DNA of 62,702 bases, the filler included, from Collodictyon triciliatum (Eukaryota), in NCBI GenBank assembly GCA_043381765.1. It is 5 parts of 5 records of this genome, joined end to end, with 100 filler letters (N's around TTAATTAATTAA, not from the genome) between each part and the next. Parts side by side here need not be neighbours in the genome. Positions count along the whole stretch, not along the records: positions 26,168 to 48,042 come from JBHJMP010002074.1; positions 48,143 to 61,103 come from JBHJMP010002075.1; 3 more parts are not named here. One strand, written 5' to 3'. Every line of letters begins with the position of its first letter. The stretch's first letter is position 1. A model generated the notes under the pieces. That model was not told the origin of the DNA. It saw only the letters and a list, made by a program, of their open reading frames with translations, and made no database searches. Both the position numbers and the translations under genes were made by a program. Below are positions 38,701 to 52,242 of this stretch, in pieces.

Positions 38701-40037
38701 TATTCTTACACTCTTATGATTTTGAAGTAAAAAAGAAAAAAGAAAAAGGAAACAAAACCACGACATAGCATTCATGGAGGAATCATAAGCAAAACCAAAA
38801 CCTCTCGTCTATCACAAGTTGAAAAGAATTTAAAAATATTCTTAGATGAATCCTACCGAAAGATTGTCCGCTACATCGATGAGGCAGAATCGTCTGGTGT
38901 CGAGGTGCTCATTCAATATTATTCTGTGGGGTGGGAGCGCGGTCTTCGGTACACACATCGATATTTTTCATTTATAACATGTTGAACAGACATTTCTATG
39001 ATATAGGTACTACTTGACGGACGCAAATGGAAGGGTAGCTCGGAGGTTTTTTATATCATATTTGAATACTATCAATTGTGAATTAGAAGCTTCAAGATGC
39101 TATGCAACATTGTCCTAACTTGATGCCCACCATCCTATTACTCTTAATTTTTATTCAACGCGACCCTTTTTAATTTATTATTATTATCTTTGTTATTGTT
39201 GTTATTGTGGAAGAAGAAAAGGCATCAAAGCCCACTACAATCTTTATTTATTTTTACCTCCTTTAGCTTACATCCAAAGGGAACTGGGTCGGGCCGACTG
39301 TCTTACTGCACAAAAAATCATCTGACCCTGCCATGCACGACGAGATTTTTGGGCCGGTCCTTTCTATTTTTGTGTGCAAAGATAGAGAGGAAGCAGTTGC
39401 AATCGAAAATGCAAATCCATATGGAAACGCTGGTACAGTGACATCTCGTCCCATATAATTTTCTTTGAGTATATTAACGCCGGGGGTTTTTTTTTTTTAA
39501 TCATATCTCCTTATGTAATGAACACTTGCATATTCATTAGCGGCAATTTACACCAGCGATGGAGGAGTGGCTGAATGGTTCACGAACCGATTTTCTGCTG
39601 GTATGATTGGCGTGAACATAGGAATTCCTGTCCCAAGAGAGCCTTTTTCATTTGGAGGTAAGTAAATTTGTGATAAGAGATAAAAAAAAGAAAAAGTTAA
39701 GCAACTCGGTCCCATACATGTACTTTTCTGGGATATTGCTAACAAAAAATAATAATATAAAATCTATAGGCATAAATACCAGCAAATTTGGAGACATGGA
39801 CATCACAGGAGATGGAGGGGTGGAATTCTTTACCTACCGGCGCAAGGTTTGATGATATCCCTTACTTGTGATTTTCCATCATTTTCGCTTGCGCGTCTGT
39901 GTTTATCAGCCAAAGGTATGGCGAGCGTGCAAGAAATTCTTTCGACATGACTTTAAGGCTGAATTGATGATAATGCATCATAAAAAAAGGTCACTTCGAA
40001 GTGGGCTCCTCCTGAACAGAGAACTTGGCTCAACTAA
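35799..40037 (+). CDS. ALDH6A1: Methylmalonate-semialdehyde dehydrogenase (acylating), ALDH6 family, about 17 exons
   Basis: EHGKT; [53 protein letters not shown]; catalytic GCAGQRCMA; EIFGPVL; NPYGNA; GMIGVNIGIPVPREPFSFGG; GVEFFT...VTSKW. Stop at 40035-40037. Confidence 0.93.
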
Positions 40038-40373
40038 CAACCCACCAAGGCTCTCGCGGTGGGGAAGAGCGGCACACGGCCTGACAGGCTCTCTTGCAAC
40101 CCGACGCAAGACGCGAACATAAAGGCTTAATCCGCATCTGGAAGAGAAGAGAAACCCGTTAAAATAAACGGCCACCCACAACACATCACAAAAACCAAGC
40201 AAAACCCAACAAACCAAAACAAAACAACACAAGAATCAAACCAAACCAAAACAAAACAAGAAACAAGACTTAGCTAACAAACAACTGCCTATTAATTACA
40301 ATTCCAGCAAAGTAAACAGCCGACGAGGAGCTTGAAAAAAAGAAGAAAAAAGGAGTGGGCGATAAGGAACGCA

Positions 40374-43073
40374 ATGGAGTGCGAAATCGAATGCCCGACG
40401 TGCCTAGAGCCCTTTGCAGAGCCGATCCAGCTTCTTTGCGGCCACGTCTTCTGCTATGTGTGTGTCGATCGGCTGTACTTTTCGTCACTCTCTGAGCCCA
40501 TCTGCCCCGTCTGCAAAGCCACTGCATTTTCCATACAACCAGACTCTGCAGGTGCTGAAGAACCTATATTTGATGACAATGTGGTTTCTGAATACCATGT
40601 TCAGATGATGAAGCACAGCAAAACGGAAATGAAACGCATGTGTGTTGATTGTGACGAGAATGCCACATTCTTTTGCAAAGATGGGTGCGGTCTGTTGTGC
40701 CCGGATTGCCATAGAATCCACTCGAAGCAGAAGAGGACAAAGGGACACATGGCCATGTAAATACCAAATTATCTATGTATATATCTATCTATGTATTTAT
40801 GTATTTATTCATTTATTTGTTCATTTATCCATTCATTCATTTATCCATTCATTCGTTTATTCATTCATTTATCCATTCATTCGTTTATTCATTCATTTAT
40901 CCATTCATTCGTTTATTCATTCATTAATTCATTCATCTATCGAATAATCTTCTCCTTGAAAATGTCTAATATCATTTTAAGATATACTCAACAGTTTTGA
41001 TTCAAAAAGAAATTGAAAATCGGTATTACGTATGCTAATCGAAACTGTCATGTGCTTATTGATCACATAGAAGCCTCGCCGTTGCTGGTGAGTTGCCTCC
41101 TTGGAATCCCACGAACTGTGTAATTCATGATGCACCTGTTGTCTCTGTTTGCGATCAGTGCTGGCCCAGCGTAGAACTCTGTGCGCAGTGTGAAAAGGGA
41201 TGCCCTTCAAGCCACCTGTCTAACTCGTGTCATCTTTTGAGTAATCTTCGGTACGAGTCCATCAAGGAGGATGAATTGATAGAAAAGGCTGAAAAAAGAC
41301 TACAAGTTTTAGAGAAAGCTAAAGCTCCCACTTTGGAAGAACTAGACAAGGTAAATGGCCATACCAGTAAAAGATAGCGAATAGCAGAAACCGATTGTAA
41401 TATTTATTACTCTTGACTACATATAATTTGAATCAAATTTAATTAATACGATGTTTTTTTTTATGTAATTATGAAAATTTTATTTGTAGGCCAAACAACT
41501 TCTGAATGATGAAATAGCCCGCATCAACACGTTCTATGATGATATTTGCGAAAAGGCATATCAGCTCAAATTTGAGTTAGTTGAGATGGTGCCAAATGCT
41601 TCGCTTCATATGAATACAATACCTGTTTATTCTTATATAATATACTATATTTTAATCATGACGATTTTTTCCCATTCGAAGGTAACCTCCGAGTACCATC
41701 CTATAATTTTCCCCATGGAAGTAGCAAAGTGCAAGGGTGAAATGGAGGAAAATATTTTGAAACATTCGATTAAGGCATTAAAAGAGTCCAAGGAAATATA
41801 TGACAAGTTTGGTATTTTATCCAAACTATACAAAAGTAAGCTGTATGTTGAGAAAGTTATGGAAAGTCCGATTGACCAGGTCCCAGCCATCAAGAGAAAA
41901 GAATTCCAGAAGCGAGAGTATCAACGGGTGGTTGTGGACAGCAGCGGTGCGCACTTGGTGAACAAACCAACAACAGATGTCGACGGTGAACTTAATGCAA
42001 CGATTTTACAAAATAAAGTACTCGTCGGGGAGCTGGAAAGGATTAAACAGACGGTAAAGTTGCTCGAAAGTCAAATTCAAGAAGAGAGGACCAAGGTAAG
42101 CAAGCTAGAGTCTGCAATGTCCTCGAAATTAAGTATGTCTGCACAAAACGGAGAGGTTCATAGTCCCAATCGCTCCGAAAAACCATCAAAGTCAAATACA
42201 TTACACATGGCATTCTGTGGTTCTGTCGGGCATATGGGACATGGCCCACTTCAGTTCAACTACCCTCTTGAAATAGCTGTGCATCCAAAATCAGGGTACC
42301 TGTATATTTGCGAGCATTACAACCACAGAGTACAAGTTCTGGACGAAAATTTCGGCTTTGTCAAAATGTTTGGAGCAAATGGGACACAGGCCGGACAGTT
42401 CAACGCACCTGAAGGTATTGCAGTTTCTAAAGATGGATTGGTTGCAGTGTCCGAGTACGATGGCGACCGAGTGCAAATCTTCAATGACTCAAACGAAGTG
42501 ATTGGTATTATTAGAGTTGGTCAAAAGAAAAGTCGGTTGTGCGTACAGCCAGGAGAATATGATGGATTTTCTGGACCGAGAGAGCTGTGTTATGATGAAG
42601 AAGGATGTTTGTATGTGACGAACCGAGACCGCAATCGGGTGGATAAGTTTAACGGGTCTTTGGAGTTTGAGTTTTCGTTCGCGCAATCAACCCTTGGAGA
42701 AAGCGGTGTTGCTCACCCAGAAGGAATTGTTTTTACGGCAAAACGGGAGGTATGTGTTGTGGGATTTGGGGGCGACAGACTCCGTTTCTATGACACAAAA
42801 GGACAATACTTAAGAAGCGTCAAAATCAAGAAACTTGGAGGACATGCCTGCCTTTCTAATGGACCCAAAAATACAATCTTTGTGAGCTCTCGTGGGTCTC
42901 ACAAAGTATTTGGATATGGCGAGGATGGGAGCGTGGTTGCGGCTGTGGGTTCGTCGAGCGGGTCTGGCGAGGGACAATTTGATGGGCAAATGGGAATCTG
43001 CTTCGGCTTAAATCAGAAGCTTTATGTCTGCGACAGAGATAACCACAGGATTCAAGCATTTGCATCAGCTTGA
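40374..43073 (+). CDS. TRIM-NHL protein (RING, B-box, coiled coil, NHL repeats)
   Basis: RING CPTCLEPFAEPIQLLCGHVFCYVC...CPVC; B-box CVDCDENATFFCKDGCGLLCPDCHRIH...H; NHL repeats FNYPLEIAV...NHRVQV, FNAPEGIAV, YVCDRDNHRIQAF. Confidence 0.9.
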
Positions 43074-44160
43074 CTTTGCATCCAAAAATCACTTTTTTTT
43101 TTTGGCTTGGTTAAAGGTATTTGAGTCAGAAAGTCTGATATTCGTAAGATTCATGCCTGCCAAGACTCGTTTCCAACACACCAAAACGAATAATTCTTGT
43201 TTGTCCTGAGACAATTCGAAAAAAAAAGAGAGAAAGAAAGAAAAAATAGGAGAAACAACAAGAGATACTATATGATATCACGCATCTTTATAAGTCCTTT
43301 TTTCAGAGTGAAGAACCGATACTCAGGCTTAATAAAGGAACAGAAATTATTACTCTAGAGGTGGTTGTGGCGATTAATGCAGTTCTCTTTGGTAGTTATT
43401 CTTCACAACGCATTAACTTATAGATAATCGTAGGCACACCTAACGTATCTTTCAACCGTGCTTAGAGTTGAACAGCACCGAGGCATGACTTTTTTTTTTG
43501 ACGAAGGACTTGGCAACATGCGTACATGGCAATAGAGTAAGAGAGGTGTTTGCTGATTGTGTCCTGGCCGGTCCAACCGAGCCGCATGTAGCCGAGCTGT
43601 CTTGAGAACCTTTTGATGAGATTGATGACAAGCAGATTTTTAGTCATTGAGAGGGCTGTGAGTATCGAAGAACTTTAGCAAACCACTATAACCGCCGCGG
43701 TTATGCAAAGATAGTATATATTTTTCTTAACAGGGATTCCGAGCATAGCACCGGACCTACGACGGAAGGCTCACATTCATGCAGAATATTAAAAAAAAAA
43801 AAATACATGAAAAAGAGGATAATACCGAATAAATACATCACCTTGGCATTTTATTTGATGTTTTGTTAGGTTTCTTTAATTATTTGGTTTATCGAATAAT
43901 GCTGCCTAAATGTTGATATTATTCACCCAATTATGCGCAAAATATGAAAGTATTGCTATTCATGGGCATCCAACACGGCGAGAATATCATGTGCCTGCGC
44001 CTGTGCCTTATAGGGTGAGGGTTAAGGATGGATTGGGTTGTGTGGGACAGCGTGTGTTCTGGAAAGGCCAGATGTGGCATAGATGGTCCATATATGGAGT
44101 GAGATGAGTAGAAAGGTATGATACCTAGGCAAGTACAAAGGTCGGCGGAGTCTTTTGTTT

Positions 44161-45949
44161 TTTTGTGGACGAAGGTTGCACAGAGAGAAGGCCTGTGGTG
44201 TATACGTAGATAGGGTGATTTATAAGACATAAGTACGCTACCGAAAATTAAAGCAGATGGTGCAGCGTGGGAGGGACACAAGACGGCAGACAGGACGGCA
44301 GAGCTGACTAGCAATGAAGCGTAACGAAGAGAAGGTAATGAAGCAAAGGCAATAAAACGGAGATGTAAAGCAAGAGACACGGGCATATGACACGGAAGGC
44401 AGATGAAAAAAATGGGATGGAGAGCGAATATGTGGAGAATAGCATGCATCAAGAGATATTGGATTAAATCACAAAAATAAGTCATAAATTACAATGTATT
44501 ACATACAGTGTGGGTAGTGAATTATCTAAAATTGACAAGTGATTTATTTCCATTTTTTGAAATGTTTTATGAAGAGAATAGCATAATCATGTAATTACCT
44601 TTGCCTCTAGGACAAGAAATGAGCTGTGGACAAGATAATGGAAAGCCCCGGATTGTGTAGTTGGAGATTTTTGTGTTTTGGGAGAAGGAAGAGAAAAGAA
44701 AAAGAAAAAGAAAAAAAAAACAAAGAGAGGAAAATGTTATCACACGCAGACTATTCTATCCAAAGGTGATTCAGCTCCAACGCGGTTTCTGGTTGTGTTC
44801 GAGACTGACAGAAGAGCGGATGAAAGTTGTCGGGTCGATGAAAATACGCACATGGCAGCTACTTCTCAAATCGATTCCAACGAGTCCTTTCAGCCGTCTA
44901 TCTCAGACAAGATTCACATCCTATTTCATTCCACTGGATGAGTCTTTTGAGGGGACAACGGGTCACTTTCCTTGCGTTTCTTGCTGGGCGACTCTGACAA
45001 AAAGCGATACATCGTTGTTTGTCTGGCATTAACGGAAGTGCCGCTTGACCGTCCCCTAGTTTCGGAACCATGCGTAGCCGGTTGTGGACTTTGCTTAAGC
45101 GGAGTATATGGATATGCTTGTGGTTTTAGAAATATACGCTCCTGCTTGCTCGGGCTGTCTTTTGTGTGTAGAGTTCCAATCTTGGATTCGACTTGTGGTG
45201 TTTGCTTTTGCTCCTTGGTTCTCGGTGCGACGGGCTGGGACAGGGTAAACGGACTATCTTTGGTGGGCGCTGGTTCTTGTTCGCCTTCGCTTTGGAGTAT
45301 CATTTCGGATAAGTAACGAAGACTGCCTTGATGCCTCCTATGTTAACCATATTCACGTCAGTCTGAATTGTTAGTTTAAGGGGGGATTTCTTTCGGGGTT
45401 TGGAGATGCGCTGCTCTTGGGTCTTGTGATGTGCGGACTTGTCCAGTGTTGGCGGCGGAGAGTTCGAGTGCGAGGATTCTGAAGAGGAACCGAGATTTCC
45501 TTCCATGTCATTGTCGCTGTCGTTGTATGTGCGTATCTGCTGTGAGTCTTGCGAAATCTGTTGTTGCCTGGCCTTGGCTTCCTTGACCCGTTGCTGCTTG
45601 TCTGCTTGGCAGGTTTATTCTTTTGCGGAGCTTTTACTTGTCGTTCGTTATTCGCAACTGGCGGACGCTCTTTGAGGATGCGCTTTGGACACTTTTTTCC
45701 CATCTGCCTTCCACGTCATGTACCTGTGCCTCTTGCTTTATACGTTCGCTTCATCTCCTTTACTGCATTCCTTCGCTCTGCTGTGCTTCTTCACCAGTCA
45801 TCCTCTCTGCCAGCCTGTGTGCCGTTCTGTGTCCCTCCCACGCCGCACCATCTGCCTCCATTTTCGATAGTGACTTTTTGCCCTATAATTACACTCCAAC
45901 TACCTGTACACCACGGGCCCTTCTCTCTATATACCCTCCCTCCACAAAA
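44161..45949. repeat. Diverged inverted repeat pair of about 255 bp (44161-44414 and 45691-45949)
   Basis: The reverse complement of 44161-44414 aligns with 45691-45949 (shared CATCTGCCTTCC, TCTTGCTTTA, TGTGTCCCTCCCACGC.GCACCATCTGC, TACACCAC.GGCC, TTCTCTCT, TCCACAAAA). Confidence 0.85.
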
Positions 45950-46010
45950 TCAAATGAAATCAAACAAAAGAGGTAAAGGAGAGCATGTTTACTAGTGTTT
46001 ATTTGACTCA

Positions 46011-47770
46011 TTATTTTGGTTTGACAAATGTGTGCGGAAACCATCCAATCCTTCCCTCAACTTCTCCTTCCCACCAACCACTGCGAGTTATTGACATTTA
46101 GAAATAGAGACATCAAGTACTGCAACGTTTGTGATGCAAGTATGATTGATGTAAGCTGGGTACCTTTGGTCTTTAACCCTTAATTTTACGACGGTACCAA
46201 CTTTAAGCGATAGTTCGTTCGAGTTCTGGGCATTATACACATGTGTCGCGACGAAGAGCTGACAAACCATAATTATTTTTTTTTTAAAAAAAGTTTGAAA
46301 TTCAGACTATGAAAGGAAATGTCAATCGTAAGCTTACATCTCCAGCTTGGCCTACACTTTGTATGCCTGCAATTAAAATATCAGATCAAAAGAAAAATTA
46401 AGAGGTAATATGCAATACGGAACAGATCGCTGAATATTTCTTTGATGCAATAATATAATTCTAACCATGATTTTGGGTGTGCTCAACCTTTGAAAAGAAA
46501 AAGAATTTTATAAATTATTGGCACATATTTATCTGCATACTTGTACATCATGAGCCCTCTTCTTATCTTTTTTTTTTTAAAAAAAAAAGACAAAAAGAAA
46601 AAAAAATTGAATTATACAACGTATACCTTCCTTGGCTCAGAGCGCGTTCTTTCATCTAAACATAATTTATGGGGATTAACTGGTGAATATGGCGATTAAA
46701 TCACATAAATTAGTGCCTCATTCGTTGGCTCGCATATGTTTTTTTATTATAAAAATAATAAATATCTGTAGTCCTTTATATATAGTTTGGGAATACTGTG
46801 ATTTGTTAAAAAAAATATATGAGAGACATAACCAGTATTCTAAGAGGGTCAACCTTCACAAGCGGGCTGTGTGTTAAGTCCTCTTTCATTTCTTTCCCAG
46901 TTCCTTCCTACTAACGAAGCTGCGGTAGGCGGTTGCTGCCTTGGCGCCATAGAAACGGGTCTAATGAGGCTAGTATTCGTATGAGGAATTCCAGGAAGCG
47001 GACGTACCTGTTCTCGTGGGGATACTCTGTGGATTACATGAATCAAGTCAATATTAAATAAAATAAATTTAAAACGATATTATGGTTTCCCATTGATTAA
47101 TGATGAAATAGCACTCATACAATGGGGGTTTAATCCCTCCCGATATTTGCGGGGCTGCCGCTGAAGGACCTAGTTGATTGGATTTTCCAGACTGAGCGAC
47201 GACTCCCGCAACAAGACCACGTGGCGAAACAATTCCAGTGTGATTAGGCCTTCTCGAGTGTGCGACCAGGGTTAATAAGTTCATGCATAAATAAGACTAA
47301 AACTAGCCAGCACACTCACAAGGAACAATCATTCACCTTGTGGAGGTAAAGGTAGAATTTTGGTTTCTAGAGTCAGAACATGATGAATTTGGACTTTCAC
47401 TTCGCTTTTTTAACACTGAACTTAATTCCTGTATACTAGGTCCTATATTCCAATTTCATTACGTTAGGTAAAAGCTACAATTGAACAATCTCTGGTATTA
47501 GTCTTTTGATTCTACTAATTATTCTAGAAAAGAAATTGAAAGGATTATTTTGAATATTGATGCATGAATAGAAAGAAAATATTCTTACCCATAGCTCCTA
47601 CGGCTGGATTCCTTATAATTGTTTTTGGAACACAGGACAAACTTTCAGTAGGATGTTGCTCCTCTTGCCGGGATTCTCCTTTTCGGAGGCCAGAGGATTC
47701 AGAAGGCCTCTGTGTTACAGTTTTTGTAATGATTTTTGGCGCATTTAAAAGTTATGCGATGAATATAAGC
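46011..47770 (-). CDS. Spliced protein with P/S-rich region and C-terminal SH3 domain; 5' end missing
   Basis: LFVATHVYNAQNSNELSLKVGTVVKLRVKDQ + GWWEGEVEGRIGWFPHTFVKPK*, stop at 46011-46013. Upstream exons are approximate. Confidence 0.75.
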
Positions 47771-47922
47771 TGATTGGGTAGATATTGCTCTAAAAAATTT
47801 TTAAATGATAATACGCACCATTTTCAAAGAGATATACCAAAATTTTCAACATATATTTTTTCAAAAACGAGTGAGAATAGAAAAGTCAACATATGAAAAC
47901 TGGAATGGCAAGGTCTTTTTCA

Positions 47923-48042
<120 letters not shown>

Positions 48043-48142
48043 NNNNNNNNNNNNNNNNNNNNNNNNNNNNNNNNNNNNNNNNNNNNTTAATTAATTAANN
48101 NNNNNNNNNNNNNNNNNNNNNNNNNNNNNNNNNNNNNNNNNN
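48043..48142. other. Artificial contig spacer
   Basis: TTAATTAATTAA at 48087-48098 within Ns. Confidence 0.95.
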
Positions 48143-48281
48143 TTTTATTTTTTATTTTTTATTTTTTATTTTTTATTTTTTATTTTTTATTTTTTATTTT
48201 TTATTTTTTATTTTTATTTACTCCCTCATTCTGAGCGCCCAATACCCTAACCCTGACTATCTCGCACATAACGCGTTTCCA

Positions 48282-49621
48282 GAGCCAAGCGACTTACGCA
48301 ACCGCTGCTCCAGGCCGCCTTTCTGGAAAGGTATATCCTCTCTTTTCTCATTTCTTTTCTTTTTCTTTTCTTTTTCTTTTCTTTTTCTTTTCTTTTTCTT
48401 TTCTTTTTCTTTTCTTTCCTTTTCTTTTTCTTTTTCTTTTTCTTTTTCTTTTTCTTTTTCTTTTTCTTTTTCTTTTCTTTCACACAATTTCTCTTATATA
48501 GTAGTTTCACTAACGTACGAAATTCTTTTGACCTAGCTTGTTTTCTGATCTCTTCACGTCATCTCATTCCTATATACCCTTCCTGTCAAGGTTGCCCTCA
48601 TTACCGGTGCTGGTGCTGGAATCGGCCGTGCAACTGCAGTCTTGTTTGCAAAAAACAAGGCAGACGGAATCGTCGTCGTCGATTTGAGCGAAACTGCTGG
48701 AAAAGAGACATGTGCTTTGATCGAAAAGGAGGGTGGAAAGGTTACCTGCTTCATAATCTCATCTCTTTTTTCTTTTATTAAAAGTAATATAATTGACCAA
48801 AAATATTATCTATCATGTTAAAAATTATGTGCAGATGTCACGCCTTTTTTATTAAAAGAACGAAAGTGATAGGTTGATCAAATAGAAAGTATATTATCCC
48901 ATCATGGAATTGTCCAACCCAGCATTTCTCTTTTCGTTTTATTTTTTATTTTTCTCTCCTGTTTGAAAAAAAAAATAGTCGCTTCTCTCAGTTTTAATCA
49001 TATGTGTCTTTTATTCTGATTCCCCCAGGCACTGTACTTCAAGGCAGATGTGAGCAGTGACAAGGACTCTCGTGAAATGGTCGAGGCCGCCGAGAAACAC
49101 TTTGGAAAGCTCAACGTTATGTTCAACAATGCTGGCATCTCGGACATCAACGACGATGGAGCCACCAATACATCTGAGGAAGTCTTTCAACGCACTATGG
49201 ACATCAACGTTAAGGTAATCTTCTGTCCTTGTCCGATGGTGAAATTGTAATTCCTGCTTCATCCCGACATACAAATAAAAAAAGATATATAGAATAATTT
49301 GTTCATAAGTGAAGTTATCGCAGTAAGTGTGTAAATTCACCTTTACAATATGCAAAAAAAAAAAAAAAACTTTTCTATGCCGAAAACGGATTGTACTGAT
49401 TTTATGAAATAGAAACTCTCATCGATATATTCCTTTTTTTTTATCACAATCATAATAAAGGGAGTCTTTCTTGGCTGCAAATATGGTATCCCTGCTCTCC
49501 GTCGTGCTGATGGTGGTTCAATCATCAACACTGCTTCTTTCGTCGCTGTGCTCGGTGCTGCCACTCCCCAAATCGCATATACGGCTAGCAAAGGCGCTGT
49601 TCTGTGTATGATTCCTTAACT

Positions 49622-49679
<58 letters not shown>

Positions 49680-50382
49680 CACGAGTGAATCGTACATTTA
49701 TCATCCTATTACCATCAAGTCACCTCTTTTAGATGCTTAACTATTGTGAAATCAAATGGCAGCTATGACACGTGAACTGGCTGTTATTCATGCCCGTGAA
49801 AAGATCCGCGTCAACGCACTCTGCCCAGGTCCACTTAACACCGTCCTTCTTCAGAAGTATTTGGACACTCCTGAAAAGCGCAACCGACGTCTTGTCCACA
49901 TCCCTATGGGCCGGTCCGTTTAAATCCCCCTAGAAAACTCTCACACTCTTCATAACATTGTATATCATAAAATTACGGTGCTTGCCTGTTATTATGTTCT
50001 TTCTGCAATACTGTAATTAATCATCACTTCCAATTTTTAAACCCTTTTGAGTATCATTGGAAAACAATTCATGAGGAAAAAATGCTAAATTGACTAGTTT
50101 TGGAGAGGCCGAGGAAATCGCTCAAGGTGTCGTTTTCCTTTCGTCTGATGAATCCTCATTCATGACTGGCTCCACTTTCCTCTGTAAGTTTCGATTATTA
50201 ATTCACTAAAACAGTTCTCTTCCATCTGAACAAAAAAAATATTTGCTTTAAACGCACCAAGTTCACAAATTCTGTGATGTGAATTATACACCATTCATTT
50301 TAATTCAAACTGGCCGAGTGCTAATACATCTCGTCGTTTAGTGGACGGTGGAATTACTGCGGCTTATGTTACTCCTCAATAA
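48282..50382 (+). CDS. Classical short-chain dehydrogenase/reductase, spliced; start not seen
   Basis: RLSGKVALITGAGAGIG; NNAGI; GGSIINTAS; YTASKG; IRVNALCPG; IPMGRFG; VDGG...YVTPQ*. Confidence 0.92.
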
Positions 50383-50619
50383 ATAAATCAAAAGAAAAAG
50401 AGACACCTCCCAATATTTTACTGTCAAAAGTCCCCATATGATTACCATTTTTGTACTCTTTTATAATGCATGAGTATCTTTCTCCCATTCTTTATTCTTA
50501 CTTTCTCTGGTCTGCTTAGTCATCACAAAAATAATTTACTATAGTCTCTAGATTGGCATATAATCAAAGCAATATCATTTTTCTTTATTCAATCCAGCAG
50601 AACCACCCAATCACCTTAA

Positions 50620-51709
50620 CTAAGCAGACGCAACTGCACCAACACATGTGTATTTGCCTTCAAAGAAATCTGCCCAGTTGTCCAGAGCCTCCAGTTGAGA
50701 AGGCGACAGTCCGGTTATGTCTGGAATCGCCTGGTTACCGAATCAAAGGATTAGTAGCATGAACAAAGAAAATCCCTTTTCTTATCCCTGTCTCTTACTC
50801 TCCACTTGCCATGAGAAAACAGTTCGAAAGGTGTTGGGGATGGCAGGCTGAAAGACACAAATGAAAAAATGTGTGGCACTATACGTCATCTGGATTCGTC
50901 GAAACCATTCCGAGTCCCCTGTTTGCTTCTTTCCCAGCAAAGACGTTGTAAGCCCCGCCAGCCTCGTACATCGGATTTCTCAGCCCGACGTCATATATTT
51001 TCCCCTATGATTGATTTCCGTACTGCGTAAGTGGCAAAGTAAAACAATCTGACACACAGAGAGATCTTATCGATGTCTTTAGCATTCTTGTGTTATAGGA
51101 TAATTGTGAATGTTAAATTCACTTAAAAAAAACCCCCCGCTTATCATAACCAGTTTCCATTTCCACTGGCATTTTTCGGTACCAATATTGATGTTATTTG
51201 GCCGTCATGAAAGGGAAAAGATGTATACTTTCACGGCGATGTAGATCGGTTTTTCTGGGTTTGTGCCGTTGAACTCAGCCAACTGCTCATGGGTAAGGCG
51301 AAGATCGGTTGGGAGGACTCGGGGCGGGGGAGGGAGCGGGGCTGACTTGTCTACAAACATCAAACTTCCTCTTGAGTATTCTTTTCTTTTGTTTCTATTA
51401 TTTTTTACAAAAAAAAAAAAAAAGAATTACGTGTGTATGCGGTTTCTACAAACACACAAAATAAATAAATAAAGAGAAAAGAAAGAAATCCTAAGAGGAA
51501 ACGAAGAATGAGAAAAAAAAGGCAAAAGAAGCGAAAGGTTGGTTGGAAAGTGAGATTCTTCGAGATAAAGCAGAGTGTTTGGGTTTCGGTCGCTTCATAC
51601 CACTCCGACGGAATCGTGAATACAGTATCCAGACAAGCGCACCAAGACCTGCCCCGAGTAACAGGCGAGCTATCGTTCCCGAGCCAAACGGGTTTGTGGA
51701 GGAAGACAT
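50620..51709 (-). CDS. MAPR/PGRMC-like cytochrome b5-fold heme/steroid-binding protein
   Basis: N-terminal TM segment LLLGAGLGALVWILY; LTHEQLAEFNGTNPEKPIYIAVK-GKIYDV...YEAGGAYNVFAGKEANRGLG; LSPSQLEALDNWADFFEGKYTCVG. Confidence 0.88.
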
Positions 51710-52242
51710 GCTTTCGGTTCTGAAAATCGGCCCGGCAGTCAAGATTTCTTTTCGCCCAATACAAAGGGTCACGGATGAATAAAGAATTTCAGATGCGCAT
51801 GAGCCACAGTAAGAGGGGAAAAAAAACGCTTCTGAGTTAGTAAGATAATAGCTTGAAGGAAGCCCGAGCGAGTTTGTTGCCGCTTTACAGCAGAGGTAGC
51901 TCTCTGGGGTAGTTGCGTTCGTTCAGAGGCAGATGCCGCAAGATTCGGTGGTTCCGGCTCGTTCTGGGTGAAATTTCTATTTATGGAATTTATGGCAACC
52001 CTGCATCCCAGCCACCATTATTGTAGAAAAATTGCTATTTACACATTTGGACGTTTGATTTTATAGATTAGTCCTTAAATATTGAACTAAATGATCTCCC
52101 AGCCTATTTAATTGTATGGTTTCTCTAAGTTGACAACACGCTGAACTAACATCGTCCACTAAACATATGTGGAATTTATTTCTCAAAATATTTCACTTTT
52201 TTCTAACGCGGTAAATTTCGGCGAGTGCACAGAGAAGAGCAT

